64,000 nt of DNA from the human T2T-CHM13v2.0 reference genome, Homo sapiens, in the NCBI RefSeq assembly GCF_009914755.1, contig NC_060930.1. One strand, 5' to 3'. The notes beneath the pieces are model-generated. The model was not told the DNA's origin. It saw nothing but the letters and a program-made list of their open reading frames with translations, and did no database searches. The translations under genes were made by a program, and so were the position numbers. Positions 1 through 12,450 of this stretch are shown here, piece after piece. Every line of letters begins with the position of its first letter. The stretch's first letter is position 1.

Positions 1-879
1 CTGTGTCTGGTGTACATTAATGATTATGCAAATATAAAGTATAAAACTAACCAGCTACTTTTTTTTGTACACGGTTTGAATCCCACAGATTAATAGTCCA
101 ATTTCTCAAATAATAAAATACCAACACACATAAGCTAAGTACCTGGCACATAGTAACCACTCAAGTGGTTTTTGGAAGAGCTAGAGTTTTATGAAAAATT
201 TTATGTGTAATTTCATACATGCCTTTTCTGGGGAGAGAGTTTATCACTATTTTCAATGAGCTATTACTCTGCTATCCCCACCCCAAAGGCTAGCAACAAC
301 CAGGTTAGAGTATGGCATTATGCTTAATTTGTGTTACACATGTATTAAAGTAATAGACCTTCCATTATATAATCTCATACTTTTCCTAAGTATATATAAC
401 ATGGTCTTTGCCATAATTATTAGCGACTATTCAAAACAATGAAAACAAAGATATAAGCAAATGTTAATTTAGTACATTAATAATGTTCTTGAACATTATT
501 ATCTATTTAGCTTGAAAACATTCTTTTAATCCATTTTTTTCTTGCCAGTTGTCTTTTCTTAATGGTGTTACCTTCTAAGGATATTTACTTTAGAAAAAAT
601 ATAAATTTTTACAAATATGAACCACAAAAGATTTTTAACTTTTTAAGAGTTTTTATGAATCATTAAACTGTTGGCAAGTACTAAGCCTATTACCAGAAAA
701 TTCAGATCTTTTAGTACATAAAGTACTTATTTATTTGAAAACCAGGCTATTAAAGTAAGATGAGTATGGAAACGAATTATGAGATACCTATAGGAGTTTT
801 TAGGGAACTATAATGACAGGCAAGATAAAGAGAAGAAACATGACAAAAATCTAAAGAATGAGTGAATGTTTGACATAAT

Positions 880-3430
880 ACAGCTCAAGGCCATATAAAT
901 TACTTCCACCCAGAATTATTAATTTAAATTCCAGGACCTCAAGCAAAATGTCATAAAACAAGAAAAGACATGAAGTGCCTCTCTGGACTTCATTTGATCC
1001 ACAAAGAAGGATTTGGTGACAACATGGGAGTGACAGAAACAGGGAAAATTGGCCATGTCATCTTGGAGTTCACAAAAGTAAGAGAGTGCAGTGCTGGACA
1101 TTTTTGGACATACACTGCAGACTAACTTCAGAAAGTTCTAGGGAGAATCAGTATATGCCAACAGCCAGAGGTACAAAGGAAAAAAAAATGACTCATGAAG
1201 ATCAAAGATCCTGAGAAATGAAATTCTGACCATATATTAAAACAATTCACAGAGATGAGGTTGTGGGATGCCAGGGATGGACATCAGGAGAAGCCGGCAT
1301 GGCTGTGTAGGCAGCTCCCTAACAAGTCCAGGATTTTAAAGGACCTAAGTCAAAGATGGAGGAAAGCAAGGAAAAGCAAAGGCAAGGGCAAACAACAGTG
1401 CAAACTGTTAGGAATAGTGTCAGGGAAGTGAAAAATCAAAGTAAACCGAGACTTGAATTAAGAAAGAGAACAAAAGGGTTATCAGCCTAAAAATAACAAC
1501 ACTTGATAAATGTCAAGTTATGCAAACCATGAAGTATATATTGTTATTTCCTCCATTTTATAGAGGAGAAAATTAAGGGGCAAACAGGCAATGTAGCTTC
1601 TACGGTATCATATAACGTGTAAATAGTGGAGCAGAGATTTCAAACAAGTTAAGAACTTCTATTTCCTATTCATATCTCCTTGCATGTGGAGGAACATCGT
1701 TTAACCTGGCCTTCTTCATCTCTCTCATCCTTCCACTGCGATGATGAAGGAGCAAACACCTGACTGATAAGTTTGGAGGGATAATTTATACTAACCAGCC
1801 CCTTCCTCCTTCTCTCTTGAGAGTTGACCCAGCAAGCACACGTCCTCAGATGCTCTCAGCCTTGAGATAACTTAGAGGTTAAGGCCTTGCTTCTTGGGAG
1901 AAGATCTGCAATAGCCCAGAGCTGCCTGTGACTGTCTGGGAAGGTCTGTCAAATCCTGGGTTGTAGCTCCAGCTCACTAGCTCCCAGACATGTCAAATAC
2001 TCCAACATCAGCTCTATCAGTCATGCAGATATGTTTGTTTCCCATTGGCCTTACCTTTTTGGGTTCTATTTCTTATTTGGTTCCATCTCAAAGATCTCAA
2101 CAAGCCCTTTTTTAACCTGACCTCAAGCCTGAGCTCCTAACCACTAAGCAATACCACTTTGCTATGCCTTGTGTAAGATGGATTACGGTTTACAGATAAC
2201 AGAGATAACTGCCAGGTTATTTTGTTACTACCTTTTCCAGAAAATTGAGTATTTTTTTCTAAATTAGGAATGGCAAAATATGATTAAGGGAAAACTGAAA
2301 ATCAAGACAAGAGATGGAAGAATAAAACACCCTGTAAATTCTTTAAATAAAGTCAAGTCCTCAGACCCAGAAAATGATATTGCAGCCTTAGGTAACCACT
2401 TAGGAGCCACTATCAGTCACAGTGGAGATATCATGGAGTATTGGAAAATATCTGCAGAAGACTGGAGATGGGAAAGTGCCCTCAGTCTTAGGCAAAAGCC
2501 GTAGTCAAAAGGCTAAGCAATGGTAATCTCAGAAATCACAACCCCTAGACATCAACCCCCCAGAAACCTGTAGAGCAGGTCTATGAGAAAATAATATACT
2601 GAAAAACTACAGTTAAGATGAGTCCACTGAAAAAAAGTAAATTGCCTAAACTCATTCTATTAACATTTTATATAAGTTTTTTCATGCATTTATCAAGAAG
2701 TACTAAAAATATAGCATATTTTTATGCCGGCAAAACAATGGACTGACTGTTTCATAACATACTTGATATGATGATGGAAAAGGAGATGCATGATTGTGCT
2801 GTAAAGTAGCTTGGCATCTGGAAGATCAATCATAGTGAATATAAATGCCATCTTTGAGCTGAGTAGGATATTAGCCACCTTCTAAAAAGCAAATACAATC
2901 TTTAAGTTGCATTAAAAAAAGAAAGAAAGCCTCAAATCATAGAAAGATTCCTAATGTACCCTTCAATGGTCAAACCATATTTAGAGTTTTGTGTGAGATT
3001 ATGGATGCAACATATTAAGAGAGATATTGACAAACAGGAGCATGTTCAATAAGCAATGAACAAAGGACGAAGACCCTGGATGTCATGTCAATTAGAAAAT
3101 GGTTGAGGGAGCTTCAAATTTTTTCTGGAAAAGGGTAGACAGTGATAAACACGTAGACTGGCTTTCAAGTCATTGAACTATTTTGAGCCTCAGATTTTTC
3201 TTGTATAAAATGAAAGGGCTTGAAATTAATGGGGTCTATATCATCTCTGAAATCATATCCTTCTTCTATGCAAACATTTGAAAAGTTATAGTAATGGGTT
3301 AAAGAATATGATTGGTCTCACTACAGAAAACAGAATTAGAATTAATGAATAAACATTACAGAGAGGTAAAGTTGTAACTAGACGTGAAGGAACTTTCTAA
3401 CAATTAGATGCATCATGAAAGACTAGGGTG
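880..3430 (+). mobile_element. L3/CR1 LINE remnant, fragmented (about 880-1450 and 2280-3430), interrupted by MIRs
   Basis: 980-1230 resembles the CR1 endonuclease region (ctggacttcatttgatccacaaag...gccatgtcatcttggagttc). 2965-3140 and 3270-3430 match the CR1/L3 3' end (gatattgacaaacaggagcatgttca...gaaggaactttctaacaattaga). Boundaries are approximate. Confidence 0.7.
1545..1650 (-). mobile_element. MIR fragment
   Basis: MIR core ccattttatagaggagaaaattaagg...agtggagcagagatttcaaac. Confidence 0.6.
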
Positions 3431-3577
3431 TTGATAGCTAGTAAGCAGGATGACAATCGAAATATTATTCAAGAATTGGCTGGATGATGATGATGACAAC
3501 AATGGTAATGGTGATTTCTATTATATGTTGATGTTATGATTATCATTACAATATATTAAGTGTCCACTATATGCTAG

Positions 3578-4034
3578 TGATAGAGACAGGAGACAGCTAA
3601 ATGCCTACACAGATAAGGAAGGGTCGCTGGAGAACCTCTAACCCATCTGAATCATTGTGCACAGGGGGCTTGCCTAAACATGCCTAAGGTGAAAAATTCC
3701 ATCCTTTAACACATGCGCAGTAAGGGAAATAAATCAGTGTGGAGTGGTTCAGACTAAGGGCCCTCATGTGCACTGGAAGAATGGGTGGAGCCACCAGAAA
3801 TTCACGCCTTATGCAGGGGAGACACCTGGCCTCTTCAATTCATGTGGTAGCCTAGTATTCAATTTGTGAGGTGGAAACCTGTGTGCAGGATCCCTCTTTT
3901 TGTGGAGAACTTTCCTTTTGCTTAATAAATTCTGTGCTCCTCACCTTTCAATGTGTCCATGTGCCTAATTTTTCCTGGTCGTTGAGACAAGAACTCGGAT
4001 TTAGCTGAGCAAAGGAGCAAAAAATCCTGCATCA
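3578..4034 (+). mobile_element. 5' LTR (MER61-like, 457 bp)
   Basis: Starts TGATAGAGACAGGAG and ends CCTGCATCA; AATAAA at 3924-3929; homologous to 9553-10013. Confidence 0.92.
3666..3685 (+). promoter_or_regulatory. p53 response element (two perfect half-sites, no spacer)
   Basis: GGGCTTGCCT-AAACATGCCT matches RRRCWWGYYY twice. Sequence match only; occupancy is unknown. Confidence 0.75.
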
Positions 4035-4037
4035 TTT

Positions 4038-4055
4038 TGGTGGCCCATATGGGGA
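4038..4055 (+). other. Primer-binding site, tRNA-Ile(AAU) type
   Basis: TGGTGGCCCATATGGGGA versus the tRNA-Ile 3' complement TGGTGGCCCGTACGGGGA; both differences are CpG transitions. Lies 3 nt after the LTR. Confidence 0.85.
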
Positions 4056-7000
4056 CATGAGGAAGGGTGAGTAAAACATGGACCCAAAAATCTATTTCCC
4101 TTTCATTTCTGAGCTTTCTTATCCTAAGACTTTTTCTGAGGGCAGGAGAAACTTCCCCCACCACCCACTCTGTCGCTCTCAGGGGTTGGAATATCGGCCT
4201 CAGTCCAACCCAGTCTTTTCTGTGGCATTTTCCTTTTTACTCGGGGGGGAATGTAATGGCACCTATCTTTTCTTTTACAATATTGGGGATGTTCCACCCC
4301 CAACCCCAGTGGCCACAGGCATGTGCTTAGGATGGACCAGTGAGAGGCAGCTCCCCTAACCCTCCCCTCCCAGCTGGGGTGCATGGCCATGTCCACTGCA
4401 TGTGCGTGTGGTGTCAATAGCCACATAGGGCGGGAATGAGCCACAGCTGCTGCCCAGGCCCCAGGGTGGCCTTGGAGGCCTGGGTCCTGCTCAGCCAGCT
4501 AGCCAACATTCCCTGCCACTGCCACCATCCATAGTCTTTCCCTCCCCCAGCTAAAGGGTACAGCTCAGTCTGACAGCAATTAAAAGTTTCCCTCCCTGTT
4601 GGAGAAATCCATTTGCATAAGAATAAGCGGTTCTTCCCCCAGGCATCTTCCCCACCCAGCATTTATGCTTTTTTTTCCTTTTCTGCACTCTGTCAGCAGT
4701 TAACACAGCCCCACACTTAAGCCTTTTTTTCTTTTCTCCACCCTGTCAGGAGTTAACTTTTAAGGGAGAGGTTTTCCTTTCTTGAAAGGCATCTTATTAG
4801 ACCAGGACCTCAATTCACAGGACACCTGTTTCCTCTCCGTTGTTTCAGAAGGACGCAGTTCCTCAGCTTCACCTTAACATTTGGCTTATGATAAGGAGGC
4901 AACTGCCAATCTGGCGAGGGACACCTGGGGCTTGATGAGTCCGTGCACTCCCTGAGTCAGTTCTTTTGTCCCAACTGAATTCCAAGCTTTGGGACAAAGC
5001 CCTAGGAAAGAAAACTGGATCTGAGAGATCCAGAGGCAGATGACAACGGAAGTTAAAAGGCACAGCACAAATGAGCATGACTAATTCTTGCCAATTAAGC
5101 CAAGCCTCCCATTTCATGGATAAAGGTCATGCTAGTATCCATGGCATAAGTGAGGTCTAGAGAATTCAAAGGCTACTGACACCAGAAGGAAAGGCAGCAC
5201 ATGGGTAAGAGCAGATATTCCCACCCCCTAGCCTCCTGCAGTGTTAGCATGGGTGAAAGCCATATTGTCACCCATGGGCAGCACCCTGTTGAGGTTGCTG
5301 GGACTCGGGAATATAAGGATGAAAGAAGGAAAGAGGATGCTTTTTCCTTCTCGCCCTCATAAACCCCAGGTATTTGCTAGGAAGATAAAGGAACCAGAGA
5401 TGCCTAGCTCCCCTCTTTCTAGATGAGTAGCCATTCATGTTCAGTCTGTCCCCCTTTTGAATGCATCCTGAACCCCTGGGGCTCCTTTGAAAACAAAAAG
5501 TCTTCTTTGTCCCTTTTTCCTCCTTGATCCTCTCTTTACAGATGGATAATTGTGTTCCCGTATTCCAGGACACTTCCCTCAGATGTATCCTCCAAACTGA
5601 GAAAAGTTAATTTCCCAAACCTTAAACTGGTTGGCTTAGAATTGAGGTCGGGGAAAGGGAATCCAGAAGCCTGACATGCTGGCAAAAGGGTAAAAGTTTT
5701 TTTTTTTTAACTAGTTGGACTTTTATCTTCTCTCTCCCTGTGCAAACTGGTGCAAGTAATGATAAGGATCACTTTTTATATTCTCTGTAAAGTTTTGATT
5801 AATGAAAAAGAATTTATGAGGTTGGTCTTAAGCTCTAGCCAATCTGGTATGCTTTGTGTGTCTTCATTGAGGCTTGGTGGTTTCACTTGTGAGGTCACTT
5901 TTGGTAAAGTTCAAAAGCCAGAAGTATTGGCTGCTTGGTGTTGCCAAAGGCAATAAGGAATTTAAAATGATTTCCTTAAAGAGCATGCAACTTAATTAAA
6001 AGTGAATATCCAAGTTATAGGTATATTTAAAAGGCCTTTGTTTTTCTCTTCTTGGATCTTATTTTGCTGGAAAAAGGTTTTTTCTCAGTTAACTGAATTG
6101 CTTTTCTCCTCTTTGTCTTGCCACTCAATGCATGCATAGTAGGCCCTAAGATAACTTCTAATGCCATGGGACTCCTTGGGAAAAACAGAAAAGGTGCCAC
6201 AGATTCCATTTTAGGAGAAACCTGTTTTGCTTATGGAACCCCAGGAATTAGAGGCAGATAGATCCCTCTCAAAATCTGTTTTTGTCTTCCAGCTATGCCT
6301 ATTTATTAGGCTATAGAAACTGCATGCTTTCCTAGTCCTGCCCTTAATGGGCCCCACCCAGAGACCAATAATTCAACTAGGAGATTGGCAAATGAAAAAT
6401 TTTATAGCTACTGGATCTTCTTCTATCTGCGTAGTTATATAGGTGTTGTGTGTGATGTCTATAACAAAAAGAGCGCCAATTAATTGTCCTAAAGAAAAAT
6501 AAGTGATTAGATCAAATATTTTTTGAGGGAAAAATAAAAGGTTTAATGCCTTTTACTTCATGTGACTTTAATCTTTGAGAAATAAAAACAGTCTTAATGA
6601 TTATTGGTAAAATGCAAATGTTGTTAAAATGTAAATAGGTGTTCTAAATTATACAGCTCAGATCCTACGTTTGCTAAATGTTTTAAGGTTATAAATTGCT
6701 TCTTTAGCTGTTGAGAACTGTTCCACTTGCCAGCCTCACAATTGCTAAGGCCTGGGGACATGTGGAATTAACCACACCCTTAACTATGCTGGAAGGAGTC
6801 AAACTTTATTGATGCCTAGTGCATAACTAAAACAAATTGCCAAATTTTACATTAAAATTAAAAATTGGTAAGATATACCATTATAACATGTGATTGAGAC
6901 CACTGAAAATAGATTTACATGCAAAGTGTGTAAGAACAGTAAAATGTGTTTTTAGTAAAAGATTGTAAGACAGCATGGAAATGTAAATTTTTGCCTAGGG

Positions 7001-9328
7001 TTAAAGGATTGTTTTAAATTAGGTAAGATGAAGCTAAAGGTTTAAAAAAGTTATGGAAAGTTTCTAAAAATTAATCTTGCAAAAGAAATTCTGTGTGTCA
7101 ACATTGACTAAATTCAAAAGGGTATTATATTGTTTTTCTGTAAATTGATCATTGAAATAAAAGCACAACAAGGTTTTCTTAAGGTACTAACCTGCCCTTT
7201 AGCAAAATTTGTAAAGGGTTATAAAAGATTTATATGAATCTCACCTCATGGTCAAACTGGTTAAGACTGGATAGAATTGTCCATAAGGTTTCATTTAAAA
7301 AATTGGGTTGACATTAATAGTAAACTAATGTAAGGGTAAAAGTTGACGTTCTCTCACTTGTACAAGATTTTAATGTAATAGTAAAGAATAATGAAAGATT
7401 TTCATTTGCCTTGCAGATGGACTCCTAAGGAAATGAAAGAGAAGACAGGAGACAAATTGTTAGGAAAAGCTAAGTCTTCCCTCTTAATGAGCAAAGATTT
7501 TTGCCTGGTTTAAAAATTTTTGTGATGTAATTTTGGCAAAATAACTAACTGATGGTAATCTGGAATTCTATTTCATAGCATCAAGTGTTTTAAACCACTA
7601 ACATATTTAATAGGCTTCCCAAAACCAAATTTTGGCTTCAAGTTGTCCGTCCTGACCCCTAGTTTTTGGATGCTACAGACGGCCCCTGAAGCATCCAAAG
7701 AGGGTAGACAGGATTACCTGATGTCTTTAGGTACATGGGATTGCCAAAATGATGTTTAATATTCTTCAGGTTATATTTTAGTGAATAATATTAATATCTG
7801 TTCCAAAATAGTACAGGATTTTAAAAATTCTAATGTATGAGTATATTTATGAATCACAATTCAGGGTGTTATATTAAGTTATTGTAAACCACAGAGATAA
7901 CCAAATTTCTTTGTCAATTATGTTTTTGACTGTAACTACCCTGGACATTTTGTTATTCATAGACAATTGTTGTCTTGGTTTGATCCTCTTTAAACGATGG
8001 TATATAATAAGCTATAGAACTTTGACAGGTTCTCTCAAATGCAGGTTACTGATAACTTTGTAAATTGTGACATTGGTATAAAGGAAAAACACACAGGGCT
8101 AATGAAGAACTGAAATGTTTAGAAATATCAATACAAGAGTTAACTAAAAGGACTAAACTAATAGAAAACTGAAGTAATCTTTTTTAAAACTTTTGCTTAA
8201 AACATTGCTGATCTTTGTTTTGTTTTTCAGAGTCAAGGAAACTTTTATTTTGAGCTATTTACAGTCTTTAATAATTGAGTAAAGTAGACTCCTGTGAACA
8301 AAATTTGGAGCATGTTTGTTTCTCTTTGCATGGTTCCTATAGAATTTGGAAACTATCTGTGAGTATTCTTATGGCAATATGGTTATTTTCATCAGTGCAA
8401 TAAGAATCTATTTTCTTTTGCAATAGGATGCAATTGGAGAAGCTGGTTGTTCTACCAAGGCTTTGACTGGAAGGGTATACTTTCCTTTAAGGAATTGAGC
8501 TTGACTTGTGGAGCTGATAAAAGCCCCTTGGGGAAACTGGCCTCATATCTTGTCTACACAGTCCCTGTACAGGGTTATTAATCTGTAGTGAGTAAAGAGT
8601 GTCACTTTCTAATAGGCCCAAGAACCCCATATTCTTGGGATCCCAAGAGGAGAATAATTCACTCAACTCATAGGTATTTGAGGGGACAAATCCATGGCTG
8701 GGCTTGGTTTTTAAAAGTCCTATCTGAGATTCCTTGTGGAACAAAGTTCTATCAAAGCCAATTTAAAAAGACTGTAAAAATAATTATTTTTGCTGCACTT
8801 TATGCAAGTAATAAGGCCAAGTATAAGACTAAAGTTTATTTTTGCAAACAACTCAGTCCTATCATGATTTGTTTTTAACAAAAATGAGGACTGAGAAATT
8901 ATGTTTCAAGACTTATTATACATTTGTCATTAAATTCTAGACTCATTAGTTGTTGTTAAGTTTTTCACCTACATTTTAAACTAACCCTGCTTATTCCTGT
9001 GAACCAACCAGCAGTCTCCAACTGCAGCTCAGAAGAAACAAAAAGAGATGGGTAGTATAAAAATCTGGATAATATTCTAGTTCTGGGAAATTATCCTGCA
9101 GTTTCTGCCAGGTGATGGGGGTAAATGGGGTGCCCATAACCTGGAGGTTTCTTTTTTTGGGAAAATAAGACCAAGGGAGCTCACCAAAGCCAAGCCCCAT
9201 GCACCCAAATCTTAGCAGGTGTAACTATAGCCACCAGTTATCTGGGCATGCTGGTAGCCTTGGAATTTTTGAGCTCTCCTTACCTTTACCTTTTGTTTTG
9301 TTTTGATACATGTCTTCTAATAACCTGG

Positions 9329-9442
9329 TTTGTCTCTTCCTGCCTTTAGGCCATTGAACTCCAAACAATCATGCAACTAGAGCCTCAAATGATGGCCCCC
9401 TTTTACCAGAGACCCTTAGATAGGCCTCTGAGGGAGATCTGA
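9329..9442 (+). pseudogene. env TM cytoplasmic-tail remnant
   Basis: Translates FVSSCL*AIELQTIMQLEPQMMAPFYQRPLDRPLREI*, similar to the class I ERV Env C-terminus (FVSSRIEAVKLQMEP...YRRPLDRP). Confidence 0.8.
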
Positions 9443-9541
9443 CTGCTGTTATTCGAAAACAGCACCCCCTGTCAGCAGAAAGCAGTTAAGGTCAATCATC
9501 ATCCTTATCCTTATTCTAATGGCTGTTAGATGTACTTCTTT

Positions 9542-9552
9542 AGAGGGGGGAA
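9542..9552 (+). other. Polypurine tract
   Basis: AGAGGGGGGAA immediately 5' of the 3' LTR TG. Confidence 0.9.
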
Positions 9553-10013
9553 TGATACAGGCAGGAGACAGCCAAATGCCTAGGCAGATAAGGAAGGGTA
9601 CCCAGAGAGTCTCCGACCCACCCAGGTCATTGTGCAGAGGGGGCTTGCCTAACCATGCCTACGGTGAAAACTTCTGTCCCTTAACACACGTGCAGTAAGG
9701 GAAATAAATCAATGTCAAGTGGCTCAGACTAAGGGCCCACAAGAACACTGGAAGAATGGGGTGGAGTCACCAGGAATCCACGCCTTATGCAGGGAAGGGA
9801 CCTGGCCTCTTCAGCTCATGTGTAGTGGCCTGGTATTCAATTTGTGAGGTAGAAACCTGAATGACGGACCCCTCTTTTTTATGGAGAGCTTTCCTTTCAC
9901 TTAATAAATTCAGCCCTCTTCACCTTTCAATGTGTTCACTTGCCTAATTTTTCCTGGTTGTGAGACAAGAACCCAGATTTGGCTGAACTAAGGAGCAAAT
10001 AAATCGTACATCA
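9553..10013 (+). mobile_element. 3' LTR (MER61-like, 461 bp)
   Basis: TGATACAGGCAGGAG...GTACATCA; AATAAA at 9903-9908; p53-like site with one mismatch at 9641-9660. Confidence 0.92.
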
Positions 10014-10121
10014 CCAGGCTCTGATTGTGGTACTTTACATATGTTATCATATGCATGGATAAATTTCTTTTAGAATTGCCATGGTAGGGAATTCACTAGC
10101 AGCTGGAAGGATGGTATTGAT

Positions 10122-10295
10122 CAGTGGTTATCAAACTTCAGTATGAAGGACTTGTTAAAACATAGATTGCTAGATCCCATTTCCAGAGTTTCTGATTTAG
10201 TAGGTCTGCAGAGGATCCCAAGAATTTGCATTATTAACAAGTTCTCAGGTGATACTGATGCTGCTGGTCCAGAGGCCACACTTTGAGAACCACTG
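10122..10295 (+). mobile_element. MER5A hAT-Charlie MITE
   Basis: TIRs CAGTGGTTATCAAA / TTTGAGAACCACTG; degenerate 8-bp TSD GTATTGAT/GTCTAGAT. Confidence 0.88.
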
Positions 10296-10811
10296 GTCTA
10301 GATTATCTCCAACTTTCATTCTAATGCTAAGATTCTGTGTTTCAATAATCATCTTAACTTTTTTTCATGAGAGACAGATCTCTACTGTCTTGGGTCAAGA
10401 CCTTAACACAGGAATTTTTAAAAAATCATATCATTGAAGAATACAGTTTAATCACTTAAGCCACTATACCTACTTTTCCCTCACTTCTTTCTTAAAATGC
10501 TGTTTTTTCCCCTTTTTACAAAAATGCTGGGTTTTCCCTTTTTTTAAACAGAGTTAAAATGCTTTATTTTATAATTGGTTAGAGGAAAAAGCAAACTACT
10601 TTTCCTTTGCCTCGTTTCTTCATCATTATACAATTTTGGACACTGTTATTGTTATCTCCCAGGAAATTACATTGGAAAAACATACCTAATGCTGTAAAGT
10701 AAATGATCAGTATTAAGTCATGAGCATATTGTTACAGTGTTTTAAAACTCTGGAAAGATGAAATTTTGGCTTAAGGTGAACATGGGAGTGGGTGTTTGAT
10801 GATGAAAAGAT

Positions 10812-10812
<1 letters not shown>

Positions 10813-10844
<32 letters not shown>
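10813..10844. repeat. (GT)16 microsatellite
   Basis: Read directly. Confidence 0.97.
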
Positions 10845-10846
<2 letters not shown>

Positions 10847-11903
10847 ATTCCACAGAAGTGTAAAGTTTCATCCTTAGTTGCTTCAGATGACTTTTCCATA
10901 CTATTTTTTAACATTTTCATTATTTGGATTTACAGCACCCCAGGGATCTTTAGCTATTTCAAAAGGTGTCATGCAATTCTGAAAAGTTCCTCAGAATAAC
11001 ATTTTAAGTTACTTAAATTGAAAAAAAATACATATTTGCTATACAGACATTTTCTAGTCTGGTAAAAGAGACAAAGATAAATGTTCACACTTGAAATAAA
11101 CAAAATATCTGGAAATTGCTTATAGGGTATTTAAACTTCCATTCAATGCTGGTTCCCAAATGAATTACAAAGTGTCCTATACCAGAGTCTTGGCATCTAA
11201 ATCAACATAAAACACCTGGCACATTTTGAATGAAAAAAGAACTTCACATTTTCAAGCAGTTCTCAATTATCTCATTAATAGATCATCTGAAACAGCTAAA
11301 AGCCCTAATGATTATTTTTCTTTAATTTGAGACTGTGTTTTTGTACTTACAGGTGAAGAGCTATTTTCCTGATGTCCTAAGAATTTTATTCAATTAATGT
11401 TATAGGTGCCACTAGAGGAGCTGGAAGGTGTTCCTGGTCTTTTGCAAAAGAAAGCTTTCTTCTCAAATCAATGCAAAATCTCCTTCTCTTCTAACTATCC
11501 TAGAGCTGTGGGGAGGAGGCAGAGAGTGTGTGGATTTGAAAGGGCTTCTCGACCTCTAGGTAAAAAGAAAGAGCTTAGATATTAACATTGTAATTACATC
11601 AATTAGATGCTAACTTTATTTGGTTTTCAAAAATAATCAGGCCCCTGCTAATTGTGTGTATAGAGAAAGAAATGAGTCCACATTCTTTGTAAACACTAAG
11701 TACACTTTTTTGTTCTCTATCAATGAGCAGCAGGCAGCATGTGGATCTCAGATATCTGAAGACAGGGCATATGAGCTGATTAAATGGGCTGGTAGGAAAG
11801 GTCTGAATTCAGAGGTTAGCACTGCCAACCCTCTGTTCCTCCAGTCCACCCCCTGTAACCAGCTCCCACTGGCTTCATCACGGCTGCCCAATTTCTTCCT
11901 ACT

Positions 11904-12254
11904 CCAGTGTTTCTCAACCCTTTAAATCAATGCCAACTTTTCATAAATACAAACATCTTATTCACACTTTCCCCAGAAATTCTAACACGTTCCTCAGGAT
12001 TAGGGGAGTGGAAACTTCAGTTAGGAAACTCTGTATTTTCTTTGTAACCCAGCAGCAAAAACAATGTGGTTGTGTTTTGTTTTCTGAAGTTGCCATTATA
12101 AAAATAATAGTTTTGTTATGTTTTTATAAGATAAAACTAAATTATAAAATTGAACATGTCTTCTCAAATTTTTCACTTGCCTCCAACCACCCTCCACTTC
12201 CCATAGATTCTAGTATTTCTCTAAGAGCCCATTCCTCAAGTTAAAAATTGTTGC
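11904..12254. mobile_element. Probable old hAT-Charlie element
   Basis: Begins with a Charlie-type TIR, CAGTGTTTCTCAACC; the right end is degenerate. Confidence 0.4.
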
Positions 12255-12274
12255 TCTAATTTCTACATCATGAC

Positions 12275-12450
12275 CAGGACATGCTGTATAATTTGTGGGG
12301 CCTAGTTCAAAATGAATATGCAAGGTCCCTCTTCAAACATTATTAAGGATTTCAAGATGGCTACAGTAGAGGATTAAACCAAGGCTGGGACCTTTCTAAG
12401 CTTGGAGTCCTGGGTGACTGCACAGAATACATGCCACAAAGCTGTCCCTG
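12275..12450 (+). mobile_element. MER45A hAT-Tip100 MITE
   Basis: CAGG...CCTG termini, 176 bp, perfect 8-bp TSD ATCATGAC (12267-12274 and 12451-12458). Confidence 0.9.

Larger units (their letters stand above)
3578..10013 (+). mobile_element. ERV1 (MER4-group, MER61-like) non-autonomous provirus, LTR-int-LTR
   Basis: Two homologous TG...CA LTRs, a PBS after the 5' LTR, a PPT before the 3' LTR and a 4-bp TSD CTAG/CCAG. The ~5.5-kb AT-rich internal region has no long ORF. Confidence 0.92.

Noticed and set aside
4038-4055. tRNA gene
   Set aside because: Only the 18-nt complement of a tRNA 3' end (PBS); no cloverleaf
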